Positions 54,301 through 64,000 of a stretch of DNA of 64,000 nucleotides are shown piece by piece (the stretch's first letter is position 1; every line of letters starts with the position of its first letter). Under the pieces are notes generated by a model. That model was not told the origin of the DNA, did not search any database, and saw only the letters and a list, made by a program, of their open reading frames with translations. Made by a program: the position numbers and the translations under genes. This stretch comes from the human T2T-CHM13v2.0 reference genome, Homo sapiens: assembly GCF_009914755.1 (NCBI RefSeq), contig NC_060925.1. One strand, 5' to 3'.

Positions 54301-57300
54301 AAGAGAATCTTCGAACGGACCCGAATGGAATCATCTAATGGAATGGAATGGAATAATCCATGGACTCGAATGCAATCATCATCGAATGGAATCGAATGGA
54401 ATCATCGAATGGACTCGAATGGAATAATCATTGAACGGAATCGAATGGAATCATCATCGGATGGAAACGAATGGAATCATCATCGAATGGAAATGAAAGG
54501 AGTCATCATCTAATGGAATTGCATGGAATCATCATCAAATGGAATCGAATGGAATCAACATCAAATGGAATCAAATGGAATCATTGAACGGAATTGAATG
54601 GAATCGTCATCGAATGAATTGAATGCAATCATCGAATGGTCTCGAATGGAATCATCTTCAAATGGAATGGAATGGAATCATCGCATAGAATCGAATGGAA
54701 TTATCATCGAATGGAATCGAATGGAATCAACATCAAACGGAAAAAAACGGAATTATCGAATGGAATCGAAGAGAATCATCGAATGGACCCGAATGGAATC
54801 ATCTAATGGAATGGAATGGAATAATCGATGGACTCGAATGCAATCATCATCGAATGGAATCGAATGGAATCATCGAATGGACTCGAATGGAATAATCATT
54901 GAACGGAATCGAATGGAATCATCATCGGATGGAAATGAATGGAATCATCATCGAATGGAATCGAATAGAATTATGGAATGAAATCCAGTGTGATCATCAT
55001 CGAATGGACCCGAATGGAATCATCATCCAACGGAAGCTAATGGAATCAATATCGAATGAATCAAATGGAAACACCATCGAATTTAAACGAATGGAATTAC
55101 CATGAAATTGAAATGGATGGAGGACTCGAAAGGGATCATTATTGAATGGAATTGAATGGAATCATCGAATGGTCTCGATTGGAATCATTATCAAATGGAA
55201 TCGAATGGAATCACCGAATAGAATCGAATGGAACAATCATCGAATGGACTCAAATGGAATTATCCTCAAATGGAATCGAATGGAATTATCGAATGCAATC
55301 GAATGGAATTATCGAATGCAATCGAACAGAATCATCGAATGGACTCGAATGGAATCATCGAATGGAATGGAATGGAACAGTCAATGAACTCGAATGGAAT
55401 CATCATTGAATGGAATCGAATGGAATCATCGAGTGGAATCGAATGAAATTATGATCAAATGGAATCGAATGTAATCATCATCAAATGGAATCAAAAATAA
55501 CCATCATCAATTGGTATTGAATGGAATTGTCATCAAATGGAATTCAAAGGAATCATCATCAAATGGAACCGAATGGAATCCTGATTGAATGGAAATTAAA
55601 GGGGTCATCATCTAATGGAATCGCATGGAATCATCATCAAATGGAATCGAATGGAATCATCATCAAATGGAATCTAATGGAATCATTGAACAGAATTGAA
55701 TGGAATCGTCATCGAATTAATTGAATGCAATCATCGAATGGTCTCGAATGGAATCATCTTCTAATGGAAAGGAATGGAATCATCGCATAGAATCGAATGG
55801 AATTATCATCGAATGGAATCGAATGGTATCAACACCAAACGGAAAAAAACGGAATTATCGAATGGAATCGAAGAGAATCTTCGAACGGACCCGAATGGAA
55901 TCATCTAATGGAATGGAACGGAATAATCCATGGACTCGAATGCAATCATCATCGAATGGAATCGAATGGAATCATCGAATGGACTCGAATGGAATAATCA
56001 TTGAACGGAATCGAATGGAATCATCATCGGATGGAAACGAATGGAATCATCATCGAATGGAATCGAATAGAATTATGGAATGAAATCCAGTGTGATCATC
56101 ATCGAATGGACCCGAATGGAATCATCATCCAACGGAAGCTAATGGAATCAACATCGAATGAATCAAATGGAAACACCATCGAATTGAAACGAATGGAATT
56201 ACCATGAAATTGAAATGGATGGACTCATCATCTAATGGATTCGAATGGAATCATCGAATAAAATTGATTGAAATCATCATCGAATGGAATCGAATGGTAT
56301 CATTGAATGGAATCGAATGGAATCATCATCAGATGGAAATGAATGGAATCGTCATAGAATGGAATCGAATGGATTCATTGAATGGAATCAGATGGAATCA
56401 TCGAATGGACTGGAATGGAATCATTGAATGGACTCGAAAGGGATCATTATTGAATGGAATTGAATGGAATCATCGAATGGTCTCGATTGGAATCATTACC
56501 AAATGGAATCGAATGGAATCACCGAATAGAATCGAATGGAACAATCATCGAATGGACTCGAATGGAATAATCATTGAACGGAATCGAATGGAATCATCAT
56601 CGGATGGAAACGAATGGAATCATCATCGAATGGAAATGAAAGGAGTCATCATCTAATGGAATTGCATGGAATCATCATAAAATGGAATCGAATGGAATCA
56701 ACATCAAATGGAATCAAATGGAATCATTGAACGGAATTGAATGGAATCGTCATCGAATGAATTGAATGCAATCATCGAATGGTCTCGAATGGAATCATCT
56801 TCAAATGGAATGGAATGGAATCATCGCATAGAATCGAATGGAATTATCATCGAATGGAATCGAATGGAATCAACATCAAACGGAAAAAAACGGAAGTATC
56901 GAATGGAATCGAAGAGAATCATCGAATGGACCCGAATGGAATCATCTAATGGAATGGAATGGAATAATCCATGGACTCGAATGCAATCATCATCGAACGG
57001 AATCGAATGGAATCATCGAATGGACTCGAATGGAATAATCATTGAACGGAATCGAATGGAATCATCATCGGATGGAAACGAATGGAATCATCATCGAATG
57101 GAATCGAATAGAATTATGGAATGAAATCCAGTGTGATCATCATCGAATGGACCCGAATGGAATCATCATCCAACGGAAGCTAATGGAATCAACATCGAAT
57201 GAATCAAATGGAAACACCATGGAATTGAAACGAATGGAATTACCATGAAATTGAAATGGATGGACTCATCATCTAATGGATTCGAATGGAATCATCGAAT

Positions 57301-59800
57301 AAAATTGATTGAAATCATCATCGAATGGAATCGAATGGTATCATTGAATGGAATCGAATGGAATCATCATCAGATGGAAATGAATGGAATCGTCATAGAA
57401 TGGAATCGAATGGATTCATTGAATGGAATCAGATGGAATCATCGAATGGACTGGAATGGAATCATTGAATGGACTCGAAAGGGATCATTATTGAATGGAA
57501 TTGAATGGAATCATCGAATGGTCTCGATTGGAATCATTACTAAATGGAATCGAATGGAATCACCGAATAGAATCGAATGGAACAATCATCGAATGGACTC
57601 CAATGGAATTATCCTCAAATGGAATCGAATGGAATTATCGAATGCAATCGAATGGAATTATCGAATGCAATCGAATAGAATCATCGAAAGGACTCGAATG
57701 GAATCATCGAATGGAATGGAATGGAACAGTCAATGAACTCGAATGGAATCATCATTGAATGGAATCGAATGGAATCATCGAGTGGAATCGAATGGAATTA
57801 TGATCAAATGGAATCGAATGTAATCATCATCAAATGGAATCAAAAATAACCATCATCAATTGGTATTGAATGGAATTGTCATCAAATGGAATTCAAAGGA
57901 ATCATCATCAAATGGAACCGAATGGAATCCTGATTGAATGGAAATGAAAGGGGTCATCATCTGATGGAATCGCATGGAATCATCATCAAATGGAATCGAA
58001 TGGAATCATCATCAAATGGAATCTAATGGAATCATTGAACAGAATTGAATGGAATCGTCATCGAATGAATTGAATGCAATCATCGAATGGTCTCGAATGG
58101 AATCATCTTCTAATGGAAAGGAATGGAATCATCGCATAGAATCGAATGGAATTATCATCGAATGGAATCGAATGGTATCAACACCAAACGGAAAAAAACG
58201 GAATTATCGAATGGAATCGAAGAGAATCTTCGAACGGACCCGAATGGAATCATCTAATGGAATGGAATGGAATAATCCATGGACTCGAATGCAATCATCA
58301 TCGAATGGAATCGAATGGAATCATCGAATGGACTCGAATGGAATAATCATTGAACGGAATCGAATGGAATCATCATCGGATGCAAACGAATGGAATCATC
58401 ATCGAATGGAAATGAAAGGAGTCATCATCTAATGGAATTGCATGGAATCATCATAAAATGGAATCGAATGGAATCAACATCAAATGGAATCAAATGGAAT
58501 CATTGAACGGAATTGAATGGAATCGTCATCGAATGAATTGACTGCAATCATCGAATGGTCTCGAATGGAATCATCTTCAAATGGAATGGAATGGAATCAT
58601 CGCATAGAATCGAATGGAATTATCATCGAATGGAATCGAATGGAATCAACATCAAACGGAAAAAAACAGAATTATCGTATGGAATCGAAGAGAATCATCG
58701 AATGGACCCGAATGGAATCATCTAATGGAATGGAATGGAATAATCCATGGACTCGAATGCAATCATCATCGAATGGAATCGAATGGAATCATCGAATGGA
58801 CTCGAATGGAATAATCATTGAACGGAATCGAATGGAATCATCATCGGATGGAAATGAATGGAATCATCATCGAATGGAATCGAATAGAATTATGGAATGA
58901 AATCCAGTGTGATCATCATCGAATGGACCCGAATGGAATCATCATCCAACGGAAGCTAATGGAATCAACATCGAATGAATCGATTGGAAACACCATCGAA
59001 TTGAAACGAATGGAATTATCATGAAATTGAAATGGATGGACTCATCATCGAATGGATTCGAATGGAATCATCAAATAAAATTGATTGAAATCATCATCAA
59101 ATGGAATCGAATGGTATCATTGAATGGAATCGAATGGAATCATCATCAGATGGAAATGAATGGAATCGTCATAGAATGGAATCGAATGGATTCATTGAAT
59201 GGAATCAGATGGAATCATCGAATGGACTGGAATGGAATCATTGAATGGACTCGAAAGGGATCATTATTGAATGGAATTGAATGGAATCATCGAATGGTCT
59301 CGATTGGAATCATTACCAAATGGAATCGAATGGAATCACCGAATAGAATCGAATGGAACAATCATCGAATGGACTCAAATGGAATTATCCTCAAATGGAA
59401 TCGAATGGAATTATCAAATGCAGTCGAATGGAATTATCGAATGCAATCGAATAGAATCATCGAAAGGACTCGAATGGAATCATCGAATGGAATGGAATGG
59501 AACAGTCAATGAACTCGAATGGAATCATCATTGAATGGAATCGAATGGAATCATCGAGTGGAATCGAATGGAATTATGATCAAATGGAATCGAATGTAAT
59601 CATCATCAAATGGAATCAAAAATAACCATCATCAATTGGTATTGAATGGAATTGTCATCAAATGGAATTCAAAGGAATCATCATCAAATGGAACCGAATG
59701 GAATCCTGATTGAATGGAAATGACAGGGGTCATCATCTGATGGAATCGCATGGAATCATCATCAAATGGAATCTAATGGAATCATTGAACAGAATTGAAT
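45310..59800 (+). repeat. Heterogeneous, rearranged HSat2 zone with no local higher-order period
   Basis: Successive unit lengths 1775, 1308, 1825, 2147, 2781, 1308, 1041, 1776, 1750, with many single-copy SNVs. Confidence 0.85.
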
Positions 59801-62800
59801 GGAATCGTCATCGAATGAATTGAATGCAATCATCGAATGGTCTCGAATGGAATCATCTTCTAATGGAAAGGAATGGAATCATCGCATAGAATCGAATGGA
59901 ATTAACATTGAATGGACTCGAATGGAATCAACATCAAAGGAAATCAAGCGGAATTATCGAATGAAATCGAAGAGAATCATCGAATGGACTCGAATGGAAT
60001 CATCTAATGGAATGGAATGGAATAATCCACGGACTCGAATGCAATCATCATTGTATAGAATCGAATGGAATCATCGAATGGACTCGAATGGAATAACCAT
60101 TGAACGGAATAGAATGGAATCATCATCGGAAGGAAACGAATGGAATCATCATCGAATGGAAATGTAAGGAGTCATCATCTAATGGAATTGCATGGAATCA
60201 TCATAAAATGGAATCGAATGGAATCATCATCAAATGGAATCAAATGGAATCATTGAACGGAATTGAATGGAATCGTCATCGAATGAATTGAATGCAATCA
60301 TCGAATGGTCTCGAATGGAATCATCTTCAAATGGAATGGAATGGAATCATCGCATAGAATCGAATGGAATTATCATCGAATGGAATCGAATGGTATCAAC
60401 ATCAAACGGAAAAAAACGGAATTATCGAATGGAATCGAAGAGAATCTTCGAACGGACCCGAAAGGAATCATCTAATGGAATGGAATGGAATAATCCATGG
60501 ACTCGAATGCAATCATCATCGAATGGAATCGAATGGAATCATTGAATGGACTCGAATGGAATAATCATTGAACGGAATCGAATGGAATCATCATCGGATG
60601 GAAATGAATGGAATCATCATCGAATGGAATCGAATAGAATTATGGAATGAAATCCAGTGTGATCATCATCGAATGGACCCGAATGGAATCATCATCCAAC
60701 GGAAGCTAATGGAATCAACATCGAATGAATCGAATGGAAACACCATCGAATTGAAACGAATGGAATTATCATGAAATTGAAATGGATGGACTCATCATCG
60801 AATGGATTCGAATGGAATCATCGAATAAAATTGATTGAAATCATCATCGAATGGAATCGAATGGTATCATTGAATGGAATCGAATGGAATCGTCATCAGA
60901 TGGAAATGAATGGAATCCTCATAGAATGGAATCGAATGGATTCATTGAATAGAATCAGATGGAATCATCGAATGGACTGGAATGGAATCATTGAATGGAC
61001 TCGAAAGGGATCATTATTGAATGGAATTGAATGGAATCATCGAATGCTCTCGATTGGAATCATTATCAAATGGAATCGAATGGAATCACCGAATAGAATC
61101 GAATGGAACAATCATCGAATGGACTCCAATGGAATTATCCTCAAATGGAATCGAATGGAATTATCGAATGCAATCGAATGGAATTATCGAATGCAATCGA
61201 ATAGAATCATCGAAAGGACTCGAATGGAATCATCGAATGGAATGGAATGGAACAGTCAATGAACTCGAATGGAATCATCATTGAATGGAATCGAATGGAA
61301 TCATCGAGTGGAATCGAATGGAATTATGATCAAATGGAATCGAATGTAATCATCATCAAATGGAATCAAAAATAACCATCATCAATTGGTATTGAATGGA
61401 ATTGTCATCAAATGGAATTCAAAGGAATCATCATCAAATGGAACCGAATGGAAGCCTCATTGAATGGAAATGAAAGGGGTCATCATCTAATGGAATCGCA
61501 TGGAATCATCATCAAATGGAATCGAATGGAATCATCATCAAATGGAATCTAATGGAATCATTGAACAGAATTGAATGGAATCGTCATCGAATGAATTGAA
61601 TGCAATCATCGAATGGTCTCGAATGGAATCATCTTCTAATGGAAAGGAATGGAATCATCGCATAGAATCGAATGGAATTATCATCGAATGGAATCGAAAG
61701 GTATCAACACCAAACGGAAAAAAACGGAATTATCGAATGGAATCGAAGAGAATCTTCGAACGGACCCGAATTTAATGATCTAATGGAATGGAATGGAATA
61801 ATCCATGGACTCGAATGCAATCATCATCGAATGGAATCGAATGGAATCATCGAATGGACTCGAATGAAATAATCATTGAACGGAATCGAATGGAATCATC
61901 ATGGGATGGAAACGAATGGAATCATCATCCAATGGAAATGAAAGGAGTCATCATCTAATGGAATTGCATGGAATCATCATAAAATGGAATCGAATGGAAT
62001 CAACATCAAATGGAATCAAATGGAATAATTGAACGGAATTGAATGGAATCGTCATCGAATGAATTGAATGCAATCATCGAATGGTCTAGAATTGAATCAT
62101 CTTCAAATGGAATGGAATGGAATCATCGCATAGAATCGAATGGAAGTATCATCGAATGGAATCGAATGGAATCAACATCAAACGGAAAAAAACGGAATTA
62201 TCGAATGGAATCGAAGAGAATCATCGAATGGACCCGAATGGAATCATCTAATGGAATGGAATGGAATAATCCATGGACTCGAATGCAATCATCATCGAAT
62301 GGAATCGAATGGAATCATCGAATGGACTCGAATGGAATAATCATTGAACGGAATCGAATGGAATCATCATCGGATGGAAATGAATGGAATCATCATCGAA
62401 TGGAATCGAATAGAATTATGGAATGAAATCCAGTGTGATCATCATCGAATGGACCCGAATGGAATCATCATTCAACGGAAGCTAATGGAATCAACATCGA
62501 ATGAATCGAATGGAAACACCATCGAATTGAAACGAATGGAATTATCATGAAATTGAAATGGATGGACTCATCATCGAATGGATTCGAATGGAATCATCGA
62601 ATAAAATTGATTGAAATCATCATCCAATGGAATCGAATGGTATCATTGAATGGAATCGAATGGAATCATCATCAGATGGAAATGAATGGAATCGTCATAG
62701 AATGGAATCGAATGGATTCATTGAATGGAATCAGATGGAATCATCGAATGGACTGGAATGGAATCATTGAATGGACTCGAAAGGGATCATGATTGAATGG

Positions 62801-64000
62801 AATTGAATGGAATCATCGAATGGTCTCGATTGGAATCATTAACAAATGGAATCGAATGGAATCACCGAATAGAATCGAATGGAACAATCATCGAATGGAC
62901 TCAAATGGAATTATCCTCCAATGGAATCGAATGGAATTATCGAATGCAATCGAATGGAATTATCGAATGCAATCGAATAGAATCATCGAATGGACTCGAA
63001 TGGAATCATCGAATGGAATGGAATGGAACAGTCAAGGAACTCGAATGGAATCATCATTGAATGGAATCGAATGGAATCATCGAGTGGAATCGAATGGAAA
63101 TATGATCAAATGGAATCGAATATAATCATCATCAAATGGAATCAAAAATAACCATCATTAATTGGTATTGAATGGAATTCTCATCAAATGGAATTCAAAG
63201 GAATCATCATCAAATGGAACTGAATGGAATCCTCATTGAATGGAAATGAAAGGGGTCATCATCTAATGGAATCGCATGGAATCATCATCAAATGGAATCG
63301 AATGGAATCATCATCAAATGGAATCTGATGGAATCATTGAACAGAATTGAATGGAATCGTCATCGAATGAATTGAATGCAATCATCGAATGGTCTCGAAT
63401 GTAATCACATTCTAATGGAAAGGAATGGAATCATCGCATAGAATCGAATGGAATTAACATTGAATGGACTCGAATGGAATCAACATCAAACGGAATCAAG
63501 CGGAATTATCGAATGGAATCGAAGAGAATCATCGAATGGTCTCGAATGGAATCATCTTCTAATGGAAAGGAATGGAATCATCGCATAGAATCGAATGGAA
63601 TTAACATTGAATGGACTCGAATGGAATCAACATCAAATGGAATCAAGCGGAATTATCGAATGAAATCGAAGAGAATCATCGAATGGACTCGAATGGAATC
63701 ATCTAATGGAATGGAATGGAATAATCCACGGACTCGAATGCAATCATCATTGTATAGAATCGAATGGAATCATCGAATGGACTCGAATGGAATAAACATT
63801 GAACGGAATAGAATGGAATCATCATCGGAAGGAAACGAATGGAATCATCATCGAATGGAAATGTAAGGAGTCATCATCTAATGGAATTGCATGGAATCAT
63901 CATAAAATGGAATCGAATGGAATCATCATCAAATGGAATCAAATGGAATCATTGAACGGAATTGAATGGAATCGTCATCGAATGAATTGAATGCAATCAT
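59800..64000 (+). repeat. Third lineage-A block, running off the window end
   Basis: ORFs at 60267, 61575, 62043, 62793 and 63474 match those at 31384, 32692, 33160, 33910 and 34591 (offset 28883). Confidence 0.87.

Larger units (their letters stand above)
1..64000 (+). repeat. Human satellite 2 (HSat2/HSATII) tandem array, purine-rich strand, single orientation
   Basis: Continuous diverged GAATG pentamers punctuated by ATC/ATCATC, giving 23/26-bp subunits such as GAATGGAATCGAATGGAATCATCATC (reverse complement of the CATTCGATTC HSat2 signature). Very dense TCGA. No non-satellite interruption seen. Confidence 0.98.

Noticed and set aside
88-63990. Many + strand ORFs of 60-163 aa (MESSSNELNAIIEW..., MELNGIIEW...)
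   Set aside because: They are translations of GAATG/ATC repeats (ME, WN, NG, II), overlap in several frames, recur with every unit and are randomly truncated by SNVs. No domain or gene structure. Used only as positional landmarks.
1-64000. CRISPR-like array or prokaryotic defence system
   Set aside because: No constant repeat with unique spacers and no cas or other genes; the sequence between recurrent words is itself satellite.
1-64000. HSat3, alpha satellite or telomeric repeat
   Set aside because: Pure (GGAAT)n runs are only about 3 copies and ATC-punctuated TCGA-rich subunits dominate, which indicates HSat2. No 171-bp period, CENP-B box or TTAGGG tract seen.
1-64000. Inversion, or L1/Alu/other insertion
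   Set aside because: No switch to CATTC-strand sequence, poly-A tail or non-satellite segment noticed on reading. A very short insert could have been missed by eye.

Overview
The whole 64-kb window is one uninterrupted, single-orientation array of human classical satellite 2 (HSat2/HSATII), shown on its purine-rich (GAATG) strand. It is built from diverged GAATG pentamers arranged in 23/26-bp subunits (e.g. GAATGGAATCGAATGGAATCATCATC) and is rich in TCGA. The base unit is 1776 bp with normally one EcoRI site, matching the 1.77-kb chromosome 1q12 HSat2 unit (pUC1.77/D1Z1); that assignment comes from recall, not a search. I found no genes, RNA genes, transposons, inversions or unique sequence, all ORFs are artefacts of the repeat, and I see no evidence of a novel protein-coding system. 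The informative signal is the architecture. Using the once-per-unit landmark (start of the 'MELNGIIEWSRL' ORF), unit lengths in order are 1923, 1776, 1923, 2218, 1776, 2391, 2218x5, 1776, 1750x3, 1923, 1776, 2144, (1308+1776)x3, 1775, 1308, 1825, 2147, 2781, 1308, 1041, 1776, 1750, 1776. Most are explained by gain or loss of a 468/442-bp module or of 26-, 49- or 147-bp pieces. They form local higher-order blocks (3699, 2218, 1750, 3084 bp) with their own SNVs, plus a more degenerate zone at about 45.8-59.8 kb. Several breakpoints can be read at base level. Module names used below: B = 468-bp module with ACACCAAACGG (e.g. starts at 2569); C = its paralogue with ACATCAAACGG leading into CCAGTGTG (e.g. 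starts at 3037).
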